Notes under the pieces: generated by a model
What the model saw: only the letters and a program-made list of their open reading frames with translations
Told to the model about the DNA's origin: nothing
Databases searched by the model: none
From: Acidovorax sp.
Lineage (GTDB): Bacteria; Pseudomonadota; Gammaproteobacteria; Burkholderiales; Burkholderiaceae_C
Reading direction: 5' to 3'
Assembly: GCA_031277855.1 (NCBI GenBank)
Contig: JAITLO010000009.1
Coordinates: forward strand, 12,746 to 36,745
Length of the DNA: 24,000 nucleotides
Translations under genes and position numbers: made by a program
Part shown: positions 8,417 to 15,362 of the stretch, one piece after another
Numbering within the stretch: the first letter of the stretch is position 1
Layout of the letters: every line of letters starts with the position of its first letter

Positions 8417-9396
8417 TGGAAAACAAGTCCCATGCCATGGCCGCAGGCCTGTTCGTGGTGGTGGTGGCCTGCCTGCTGGCCGGCCTAGCCATGTGGTTGA
8501 CCCGCGACCGCAACCAGTATGTGCAGTATGAGATGTCCACCAAGGACGCCATCAGCGGGCTGCAGCCCCAGGCCACGGTGCGCTACAAGGGAGTGTCGGT
8601 GGGCAAGGTCACCCGCATAGGCTTTGATGCGCAAAACAGTGGCAATGTGCTGATCCGCATTGCCGTGGACAGCGATGCCCCCATCAGCCCCGAGACCACT
8701 TTTGCCCAACTGGGCTATCAGGGCGTGACGGGTATTGCCCATATCCAGCTGGACGACAGCGACAGCAAACAAGCGGCACTGCCCGAAGGGCCGAGTGGCC
8801 TGGCGCGCCTGCCCATGCGCTCCTCGCCGCTGACTGTGCTGGCCGACCAGAGCCTGCTCATCATGGGCCGGGTGGACGAGGCCACGCGCCGCGTCAACGA
8901 GCTGTTGAATGGCGACAACCAGCGGCGTTTTTCTGCAGCGCTGGAAGACATTGCCGGTGCGGCCAAGGGTGTGAACACGCTGACCCAAAGCCTGAACCGC
9001 ACCGTCACCGAGCATGTGGCGCCGGCCATGGCCCAGTTGCCCGAGTTGACGGGCGATGCCCGCCGCAGCATGCAGGCCATGGTCAAGGTCGGTGAGGAAA
9101 CAGGGCACCTGGCCCAGGACATGCGGGCGCTGACCGAGCGCATGCAAAAGCCCGGTGGCGCCCTGGACCAACTGGAGCATGGCAGCCAGTCGCTGGCCTT
9201 TGCCGCAGACCGCCTGGGCCGTTCCACCCTGCCCACGGTCAGCCAGGCCGCAGGCGATGTGTCGCGCGCGGCGCGCAGCATGGGTCAGGCAGCTTCCGGT
9301 ATTACCAACAACCCGCAATCCCTGATTTTTGGCGACGGTCAGATGCGGCCCGGCCCGGGTGAGCCCGGCTTTGCGCCACCGGCCGCCAGCCGTTGA
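8416..9396 (+). CDS. MCE/MlaD-family protein (single MCE domain plus long helical C-terminal region)
   Basis: The ORF 8164..9396 was trimmed to ATG 8416, with GGGAGG at 8404-8409. ATG 8416 overlaps the ATPase TGA by 1 nt. The protein has an N-terminal membrane anchor (MENKSHAMAAGLFVVVVACLLAGLAMWL) and an MCE core (VRYKGVSVGKVTRIGF). Confidence 0.9.
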   Translation: MENKSHAMAAGLFVVVVACLLAGLAMWLTRDRNQYVQYEMSTKDAISGLQPQATVRYKGVSVGKVTRIGFDAQNSGNVLIRIAVDSDAPISPETTFAQLGYQGVTGIAHIQLDDSDSKQAALPEGPSGLARLPMRSSPLTVLADQSLLIMGRVDEATRRVNELLNGDNQRRFSAALEDIAGAAKGVNTLTQSLNRTVTEHVAPAMAQLPELTGDARRSMQAMVKVGEETGHLAQDMRALTERMQKPGGALDQLEHGSQSLAFAADRLGRSTLPTVSQAAGDVSRAARSMGQAASGITNNPQSLIFGDGQMRPGPGEPGFAPPAASR

Positions 9397-9407
9397 GGAG
9401 TGTTCCC

Positions 9408-10061
9408 ATGCGCGTTTTTGCTTTGTTTCGAGTCTCTGCTGTTGGCGCCTTGCTGGCTGCGGCCCTGGTGGGCTGCAGCGGTTTGCCGTCGGTTCCCTCC
9501 CAGCCCGCACGCTATGACCTGGGCGTTCCGCCCCCGGTCCAGGGCGCCAAAACGGCCACGGCGATTCCGGTGCTGGCGCTGGCCGACATCCAGTCCCGTA
9601 CCCAGCACGATGCCAGCACCGCGGTGCTCTACCGCCTGGCCTACGCCGACGGCCAGGCCTTGCAGGCCTATGGTCAGGCACGCTGGAGCCAGCCACCGGC
9701 CCTTTTGGTGCAGCAGCGCATGCGCGAAATCTTGAGCCAGGGCCGCACCGTGCTGTCGGCAGAAAGCGGCATGCAGCCGCCCCTGGTGCAAGGCCGCCCC
9801 GTGCCCGTGCTGCAGCTGTCGCTGGAAGAGTTTTCCCACACCTTCACCAGTGCCGAGCACAGCGCCGGTGTGCTGCGCCTGCGCGCCACCTTGATCGCGC
9901 CGCAGCGCAGCGGAGACATCTTGCTGGGCCAGCAGCTGTTTGCCGTGCAGCAGCCCGCTGCCAGTGCCAACGCTGCCGGTGGCACCCAGGCCCTGGCCCA
10001 GGCCGTGGCCCAGGTGGGGGCGCAGTTGCAGACCTGGTTGAGCACGATAAGCACCCCCTGA
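9408..10061 (+). CDS. ABC-type transport auxiliary lipoprotein (PqiC-like)
   Basis: ATG 9408 lies 7 nt after GAGGAG (9395-9400). The lipoprotein signal MRVFALFRVSAVGALLAAALVGC has lipobox L-V-G-C. Its position directly after an MCE gene is typical of this family. Confidence 0.85.
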   Translation: MRVFALFRVSAVGALLAAALVGCSGLPSVPSQPARYDLGVPPPVQGAKTATAIPVLALADIQSRTQHDASTAVLYRLAYADGQALQAYGQARWSQPPALLVQQRMREILSQGRTVLSAESGMQPPLVQGRPVPVLQLSLEEFSHTFTSAEHSAGVLRLRATLIAPQRSGDILLGQQLFAVQQPAASANAAGGTQALAQAVAQVGAQLQTWLSTISTP

Positions 10062-10230
10062 GCCGCTTCGCGTCTTCCCCCTCTCTATCGCTACGCGATG
10101 GAGGGGGACGGCACCAGCGCGGCGGGGCGGCCCTTGCGCGGTGCCCTGGCGTTGGGCCACGCCAGTTTTGGCACTGTGCCCTTGTCTTACTCCCTCGCCC
10201 CTTCGGGAAGAGGGTGGGGGCGAGGGGTGT
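10054..10230. repeat. Composite REP-like intergenic element, copy A
   Basis: Three hairpin modules are present. The first is TCCCCCTC...GAGGGGGA (about 10075-10108). The second is CTGGCG..CGCCAG (10146-10165). The third is CCCTCGCCCC-15 nt-GGGGCGAGGG (10192-10226). The element is the reverse complement of 15133-15362, including a 22-nt perfect match (10129-10150 vs 15156-15177). Confidence 0.8.
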
Positions 10231-10392
10231 TTTCAGTGTTTTTGCGCTGCAGACCTTGATGGGTATGCACAGGCAGCTCCTGGAAAAAGAGCAATCCACC
10301 GCACAGATCGCGCCGGCGCTTGATATAGCGCAGCCCCTTGTTGCCGCTGCAGCCCTATGCTGCGGCGCATTGCACAACGGGGAATAGATGCC

Positions 10393-10917
10393 ATGGCGAC
10401 ATTGGAATGGACTGCGGATCTGGTGCTGGAGCTGCCCGCCATGGACGAGACGCACCAGGAGTTTGTCGAGTTGCTGGCCCAGGTGGAAGCGGCGGCCGAT
10501 GCCGAGTTGCTGCCGCGGTGGCAGCAATTGGTGGAGCACACCGATGGCCATTTCGGCCAGGAAGACCGCTGGATGCAGCGCACCGGTTTTGCGGCCGACA
10601 ACTGCCACAGCCTGCAGCACAGCACGGTGCTGCAGATCATGCGCGAGGGGGCAGAGCGCGGCGCCAAGGGCGAGCTGCATGTGATGCGCGGCATGGCGGC
10701 CGAGCTGGTGACCTGGTTTGTCCACCATGCCCAGACCATGGATGCGGCCCTGGCCCAGCACCTGAAAAGCGTGAATTTCGACCCGGCCTCGGATGTGGTG
10801 CACCAGCCGCAAGCCCTGCCCCAGGCGCCGATTCATGGCTGCGGTGGCGCCTGCTCCACGGGCGATGACCATATCGGGCAGCAAGAGAGCGCCCAGCAGG
10901 TAGCCCAGGCCCTCTAA
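10393..10917 (+). CDS. Hemerythrin-like metal-binding protein (bacteriohemerythrin)
   Basis: The ORF 10357..10917 was trimmed to ATG 10393 (MATLEW...). The diiron ligand pattern appears as DETHQEFVELL, EHTDGHFGQEDRWM and WFVHHAQTMD. A ~45-aa C-terminal tail lies outside the hemerythrin fold. Confidence 0.85.
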   Translation: MATLEWTADLVLELPAMDETHQEFVELLAQVEAAADAELLPRWQQLVEHTDGHFGQEDRWMQRTGFAADNCHSLQHSTVLQIMREGAERGAKGELHVMRGMAAELVTWFVHHAQTMDAALAQHLKSVNFDPASDVVHQPQALPQAPIHGCGGACSTGDDHIGQQESAQQVAQAL

Positions 10918-10930
10918 ACAGATTGCAGCA

Positions 10931-11563
10931 TCAGCCCAGCAGGCCAGGGAAGATCTTCCCCAGGCCACCGGCCATGACTTCAACGGCCAGGGCCGCCAGG
11001 ATCAGGCCCATCAAGCGGGTCATGACGTTGATGCCGGTTTTGCCCAGCACGCGGCTGATGGGGTCGGCCAGCGAGAACGCGGCCCACACGGCAGCGGCCA
11101 CCACCACGCCATAGCCCAGCAGCGCCAGGTGCTGCCAGATGTTGGCGGCCTTGTCGGCATAAATCACCACGGTAGACATGGCAGCCGGCCCGGTGAGCAG
11201 CGGAATCGTCAGCGGCACCACGGCAATGCTGTTGCCCATGGCGGCTTTCTCGACCCCGGCCTCCAGCGTGCCGTTGTTGGGCCGGTCTTCGGCCGGGCGG
11301 GCGTTGAGCATATTCATGGCGCTGATCAGCAGCAGCAAGCCGCCGCCGACCTGAAAGCTCTGCAGCGAGATATTGAAAAAGTCCAGCACCTGCAGGCCCA
11401 GCAGCGCGCAGGCACAGATCACCACGCAGGTGCTGATGGCGGCGCTGCGTATGGTCTGGCGGCGCTGGGCCTCGTCAAAGCCCTGGGTGTAGTGGATGAA
11501 AAACGGCACGATGGCCAGCGGGTTGACGATGGCCACCAGCGTGATGAGGGGTTTGAGGTCCAT
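10931..11563 (-). CDS. MarC-family integral membrane protein
   Basis: 210-aa polytopic ORF with the typical MarC N-terminus MDLKPLITLVAIVNPLAIVPFFIHYT. It sits 12 bp downstream of the SDR gene on the same strand. Confidence 0.85.
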   Translation of the reverse strand: MDLKPLITLVAIVNPLAIVPFFIHYTQGFDEAQRRQTIRSAAISTCVVICACALLGLQVLDFFNISLQSFQVGGGLLLLISAMNMLNARPAEDRPNNGTLEAGVEKAAMGNSIAVVPLTIPLLTGPAAMSTVVIYADKAANIWQHLALLGYGVVVAAAVWAAFSLADPISRVLGKTGINVMTRLMGLILAALAVEVMAGGLGKIFPGLLG

Positions 11564-11575
11564 GGGTGTAAAGGT

Positions 11576-12334
11576 TCAAAGCCTGCCGCCGGAGACTTCG
11601 GTGAAGCTGGCCGTGGTGTAGCTGGATTCGGGGGACATCAGCCACAAAATAGCCGCTGCCACTTCTTCGGCGGTGCCGCCGCGCTGCATGGGCACCAGGT
11701 GTTGCAGATCGCGCACCCTGTGGGGCAGGCCGCCGCTGGCGTGGATGTCGGTGTCGATCAGGCCGGGCCGCACGGCGTTGACGCGTATGCCCTCGCCCGC
11801 CACCTCCTTGGCCAGGCCGCGTGTCATCACGTCCATGGCGCCCTTGGCAGCGGCGTAGTCCACATACTGGTTGGCCGCGCCCAGCAGGGCCGCGCCGCTG
11901 GAGACGTTGACAATGCTGCCGCCCGCGCCGCCGCGCAAGGTGCTCATGCGGCGCACGGCCTCGCGTGCACAGTAAAAACTGCCCAGCACATTGATGCGGA
12001 ACATGCGCTCCAGCCGCACGGCGCTCATGTCTTCCACGCGGCAAGGCTTGTCCACCACGCCGGCGTTGTTCACCAGGGCCGACAGCGGCCGGCCCCAGTG
12101 TCGGTCCACGGCCGCAAACAGCTCCAGCACCTGGGCCTCGTCACCCACATCGCCTTGTATGGCGATGGCTTCGCCGCCCGCGCTGTGGATGTCTTGCACC
12201 AGGGCATCGGCCGCATCGCGGCGCTGCTGGTAGTTCACGGCCACGGCCCAGCCACGGGCAGCAGCCAGGCGCGCGGTTGCGGCGCCGATGCCACGGCTGG
12301 CGCCCGTAATGAGCGCAATAGGTGACGCTGGCAT
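11576..12334 (-). CDS. Short-chain dehydrogenase/reductase (SDR)
   Basis: The ORF 11576..12577 was trimmed to ATG 12334, with AGGAGA 6 nt upstream. The cofactor motif is ALITGASRGIG and the catalytic YxxxK is YAAAK. Confidence 0.9.
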   Translation of the reverse strand: MPASPIALITGASRGIGAATARLAAARGWAVAVNYQQRRDAADALVQDIHSAGGEAIAIQGDVGDEAQVLELFAAVDRHWGRPLSALVNNAGVVDKPCRVEDMSAVRLERMFRINVLGSFYCAREAVRRMSTLRGGAGGSIVNVSSGAALLGAANQYVDYAAAKGAMDVMTRGLAKEVAGEGIRVNAVRPGLIDTDIHASGGLPHRVRDLQHLVPMQRGGTAEEVAAAILWLMSPESSYTTASFTEVSGGRL

Positions 12335-12428
12335 GAGGTCTCCTGTAAAAATCGTTATGCAGCCAACCGCTGGCATTACAGCATGTGGCACCTTCTCTGT
12401 TCCAGCCTCTTTTTGCCAAGGAAGTTTT

Positions 12429-13142
12429 ATGCGCGCTCTCGGCCAGACCCTGACCCTCCACCCCCCAGATGGCCGCGCCCTGCCGGCCTGGCTGGCCATG
12501 CCCGAAGGCCCTTTGCGCGGGGCGGTGGTGGTGGTGCAGGAGATCTTTGGCGTCAACAGCCATATCCGCGCCGTCACCCAGCGCTTTGCGACCCGGGGTT
12601 TTGCGGCGCTGGCGCCAGCGCTGTTCCACCAGTTCGAACCCTCAGACCCGCTGGGTGTGGAGCTGGGCTATGCCCCGGCCGATGTGCAAGCGGGGTTGCG
12701 CTTCAAGGCCCAGGCCGAAGCCCTGCCGCCGCCCGGCATGCAGCAAGACATCAGTGCGGCGGTGGACTGGCTGGCCAGCAACACGGGTCAGCAAGTCGGC
12801 GCCGTGGGTTTTTGCTGGGGTGGCCTGCTGGCCTGGCGCGCGGCCTGCCAGCTGCCGCAACTGTCGGCCGCCGTCTGCTATTACGGCGGCGGCATGACCA
12901 GCCCCGAGGAACGCAGCCGCAGCCCGCAGTGCCCGGTACTGGCGCATTTCGCCCGCCTGGATGCCCATATTCCCCTGGATGGCGTGCTGGCCTTTGACCA
13001 GGCGCAGCCCCAGGTGCAGGTGCAGCTGTATGACGCCGACCACGGCTTCAACTGCGACCAGCGCGCCAGCTATGACGATGCCTCAGCCCTGGTGGCACGT
13101 GACCGCACGCTGGCTTTCCTGGATGCCCATTTGGGTGGCTAA
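12429..13142 (+). CDS. Dienelactone hydrolase family protein
   Basis: The ORF 12288..13142 was trimmed to ATG 12429, with AAGGAAG upstream. The nucleophile motif is GAVGFCWGG and the His motif is YDADHGF. The N-terminal sequence VVVVQEIFGVNSHIRAVTQRFA is typical of the family. Confidence 0.88.
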   Translation: MRALGQTLTLHPPDGRALPAWLAMPEGPLRGAVVVVQEIFGVNSHIRAVTQRFATRGFAALAPALFHQFEPSDPLGVELGYAPADVQAGLRFKAQAEALPPPGMQQDISAAVDWLASNTGQQVGAVGFCWGGLLAWRAACQLPQLSAAVCYYGGGMTSPEERSRSPQCPVLAHFARLDAHIPLDGVLAFDQAQPQVQVQLYDADHGFNCDQRASYDDASALVARDRTLAFLDAHLGG

Positions 13143-13173
13143 GGTCGGCCGCGTTTTTGTGCTTTTCGCTTTT

Positions 13174-13215
13174 GTTTTGATAGCTGCTAGTGCTTGATGG
13201 GTAAGCACTAGCGGC
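13174..13215. repeat. Hairpin-forming dispersed repeat, copy 2, between convergent genes
   Basis: GTTTTGATA overlaps TAGCTGCTA, followed by a 13-bp stem GCTGCTAGTGCTT / AAGCACTAGCGGC (13183-13195 / 13203-13215, one G-U pair) with a 7-nt loop. There is no proper T-tail in either orientation. It shares both 9-mers and the hairpin type with 6271-6316. Confidence 0.5.
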
Positions 13216-13223
13216 TGCTTCAA

Positions 13224-13850
13224 TCAATGCTGCGGCGTTTGTGCGCCCGCCACCAGATAGCGGATATGGCGGTCAAAAGCCTGGTCCGGGTCTTCCTGCA
13301 GCAGTTGCTGCCAGCCGCGCACCAGCAAGGGGTGGGCCTGGGCGTCAGGGGCGTTGGCGGGAGCGGTGTGGTCTGCAGCGGCCTCGGCCTGTTCCTCCAG
13401 CACCCAGCCCACCACAAAGCGGCTGATGGCCACCATCAGGCCTACGGCTTGTTCGGGGCTGAAACCGGCTGCACACAACACGCCCAGCTTGGCCTCGATG
13501 GCATCCAGGTGGGCGCCGCGCGGCCGGGTGCCGGCATGCAGGCGCGCCCCATCCCGGTAGGCCAGCAGGCCTTTGCGAAAGCTGTGGGCATTGGCCACAA
13601 ACCATTCCTGCCAGGGCTGGTCTTTGTGGGGCAAGGCCTGCTGATGCTGCTCTTGCATGATGGTCTCGGCCATGGCCTCCAGCAGCTCGGCCTTGTTCTT
13701 GAAATGCCAGTACAGCGTGGGCGACTGCACGCCCAGCTTGTCGGCCAGGCGCCGCGTGCTCAGGCCGTCGATGCCGACCTCGTTGAGCAGGGCCAGCGCG
13801 GCGCGCATCACCGATTCGCGACTGAGGCGGGAGGGAGCAGTGTGGTTCAA
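13224..13850 (-). CDS. tetR: Tetracycline-repressor-type TetR (both N- and C-terminal domains of TetR proper)
   Basis: By eye it aligns full-length with Tn10 TetR. For example, SRLSRESVMRAALALLNEVGIDGLSTRRLADKLGVQSPTLYWHFKNK aligns with [47 protein letters not shown]. The ligand-pocket segments ANAHSF, RLHAGTRP and VLEEQ are retained. The start is set at TTG 13850 because the conserved SRL..V residues lie upstream of the first internal ATG (13808); GTG 13862 is also possible. Confidence 0.85.
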   Translation of the reverse strand: MNHTAPSRLSRESVMRAALALLNEVGIDGLSTRRLADKLGVQSPTLYWHFKNKAELLEAMAETIMQEQHQQALPHKDQPWQEWFVANAHSFRKGLLAYRDGARLHAGTRPRGAHLDAIEAKLGVLCAAGFSPEQAVGLMVAISRFVVGWVLEEQAEAAADHTAPANAPDAQAHPLLVRGWQQLLQEDPDQAFDRHIRYLVAGAQTPQH

Positions 13851-13852
13851 TT

Positions 13853-13871
13853 TCTCTATCACCGATAAAGA
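13853..13871. promoter_or_regulatory. tetO-like operator 1
   Basis: TCTCTATCACCGATAAAGA matches the Tn10 tetO sequence TCTCTATCACTGATAGGGA at 16 of 19 positions. It abuts the proposed tetR start codon. Confidence 0.75.
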
Positions 13872-13891
13872 GTTTGTGAAATAATGCGCCA

Positions 13892-13910
13892 ACTCTATCA
13901 CTGCTAGGGG
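13892..13910. promoter_or_regulatory. tetO-like operator 2
   Basis: ACTCTATCACTGCTAGGGG matches tetO at 16 of 19 positions. It overlaps a candidate tetA -10 element (TATCAC 13896-13901, 16 nt after TTGTGA 13874-13879) and the AGGGG Shine-Dalgarno 7 nt before ATG 13918. Confidence 0.75.
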
Positions 13911-13917
13911 CTCATGC

Positions 13918-15117
13918 ATGCCCAAACCACTCTACGTTCTTCTGTTTATCCTGCTGATCGACGCCATAGGCCTGGGCCTGATCATGCCCATTCTCCCCGG
14001 GCTGCTGGCCAGCCTGAGTCAGGACCCGGCCCACAACAGCCTGCACTACGGAGTGCTGCTGGCCTTGTATGCGTTGATGCAGTTCGTCTGTGCGCCGGTG
14101 CTGGGGGCACTCAGCGATCGTTACGGGCGCCGCCGCGTGCTGCTGCTGTCGCTGGCCGGTGCCGCGCTGGACTATGTGCTCATGGCTTATGCGCCCACCC
14201 TGGGCTGGTTCTATCTGGGGCGGGTGGTGGCGGGCATTACCGGCGCCAATATGGCCGTGGCCACGGCCTATCTGACCGACATCACCCCGCAGGGGCAGCG
14301 GGCGGCCCGTTTTGGCCAGATGGGGGCTGCCGTGGGCCTGGGCATGATTGCCGGTCCGGTGCTGGGCGGCTGGCTGGGCGATGGATGGCTGCGGGCGCCG
14401 TTCTGGCTAGCGGCCGCACTCAACGGTATCAGCTTGCTGCTGGTCTGGCGGGTATTGCCGGAGTCACGCCGGGCAGAGGGGGATGATGCACAACAGCGCC
14501 CCAGCCTGAATGCCTTTGCCGCCTTCAAGCGCCTGCAGGGCAGTGCTGGCCTGCTGCCATTGGTGTGCCTGTTTGGCGTGTTGGCCCTGGGCGGGCAATG
14601 GCCGGGCAGCTTGTGGATTTTGTACGGCCTGGACCGCTTTGGCTGGAGCCCTTGGGTGGCCGGTCTGTCTCTGGCGGGCTACGGTCTGTGCCATGCCCTG
14701 GCCCAGGCCTTTGCCATAGGCCCGCTGGTGGCCCGCCTGGGAGAGACCCGCGCGCTGTTGTTGGGCCTGGCCTGTGATGCGTTAGGCCTGTTGCTGCTGG
14801 CTTTTGCGGTGTCGGGCTGGGAGCCTTTTGCACTGCTGCCCTTGTTTGCTGCCGGGGGCATGGCCGTGCCGGCCCTGCAATCCATGATGACGCGCCTGGT
14901 CAGCGACGCCCACCAGGGCGCGTTGCAAGGAACCTTGGCCAGCATGGCCAGCCTGGCAGGCGTGATAGGCCCGCTGCTGGTCACCGGCCTCTACACCGTG
15001 GGCCAAGGGCTGTGGCCCGGCCTGATTTGGGTGCTGGGCGCCACCATCTACCTGCTGGCCCTGCCGTTGCTGCAGCGCTACCGCCGCAGCAGCGGCGGAC
15101 AGGCTGCGTTCGTTTAG
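13918..15117 (+). CDS. tetA: TetA-family 12-TM MFS tetracycline/H+ antiporter homolog (class not assigned)
   Basis: 399 aa. HYGVLLALYALMQFVCAPVLGALSDRYGRRRVLL is nearly identical to class A/C TetA motif A. Colinear matches run through GRVVAGITGA, MIAGPVLGG, AGGMAVPALQSMM and GALQGTLAS. It is divergent from tetR, with the operators in between. Confidence 0.88.
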   Translation: MPKPLYVLLFILLIDAIGLGLIMPILPGLLASLSQDPAHNSLHYGVLLALYALMQFVCAPVLGALSDRYGRRRVLLLSLAGAALDYVLMAYAPTLGWFYLGRVVAGITGANMAVATAYLTDITPQGQRAARFGQMGAAVGLGMIAGPVLGGWLGDGWLRAPFWLAAALNGISLLLVWRVLPESRRAEGDDAQQRPSLNAFAAFKRLQGSAGLLPLVCLFGVLALGGQWPGSLWILYGLDRFGWSPWVAGLSLAGYGLCHALAQAFAIGPLVARLGETRALLLGLACDALGLLLLAFAVSGWEPFALLPLFAAGGMAVPALQSMMTRLVSDAHQGALQGTLASMASLAGVIGPLLVTGLYTVGQGLWPGLIWVLGATIYLLALPLLQRYRRSSGGQAAFV

Positions 15118-15132
15118 CGCGTAGGCTAGGGC

Positions 15133-15362
15133 TGCATAAAACTGGCGCAGCCCAAGCCAGGGCACCGCGCAAGGGCCGTGAAGGCCATCCCTCACCCCTG
15201 TCCTCTTCCCCAAGGGGCGAGGGAGTAAAACCGGAGGCACAGCGCGCAAAACCGGCGCAGCCCAAGTCAGCAGACAGCGAGCAAGGGCCGCCCCGCAGCG
15301 AGGCTGTCGCCGGTTGCCCGTATGCCCCCCGGGGGGAAGCGGCGCAGCCGCTCAGGGGGGAG
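15133..15362. repeat. Composite REP-like intergenic element, copy B (inverted relative to copy A, with one module duplicated)
   Basis: The central hairpin is CCCTCACCCC...GGGGCGAGGG (15189-15223). It is flanked by two copies of the AAAACYGGCGCAGCCCAAGYCAG...GCAAGGGCC unit (15139-15177 and 15248-15289). A terminal module contains CCCCCCGGGGGG. The element fills the whole gap between the convergent tetA and corA-like stops. Confidence 0.8.

Noticed and set aside
12386-12401. Sigma54-like TGGCAC-N5-CTGT upstream of the dienelactone hydrolase gene
   Set aside because: The -12 element reads TGT instead of the conserved TGC. No enhancer-binding-protein gene is nearby. This is a single weak motif match.
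13143-13182. T-rich tract (GCGTTTTTGTGCTTTTCGCTTTTGTTTTG) right after the DLH stop as an intrinsic terminator
   Set aside because: I could find no stable stem preceding the T-runs; CGGCCG is self-complementary but has no loop. The nearby large hairpin (13183-13215) lies after the T-rich tract, not before it.
10054-15362. The REP-bracketed 5.3-kb block as a transposon or integrated mobile element
   Set aside because: There is no transposase, integrase or recombinase gene, and I could see no target-site duplication. The composition is indistinguishable by eye from the flanks. The terminal repeats are hairpin-module REP-like sequences rather than IS-type inverted repeats. It is kept only as a repeat-flanked block (see findings).
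10054-15362. CRISPR-like array suspicion from the recurring GC-rich hairpins
   Set aside because: The repeats are not regularly spaced direct repeats with unique spacers. There are only two loci, in inverted orientation and 5 kb apart, and there are no cas genes.
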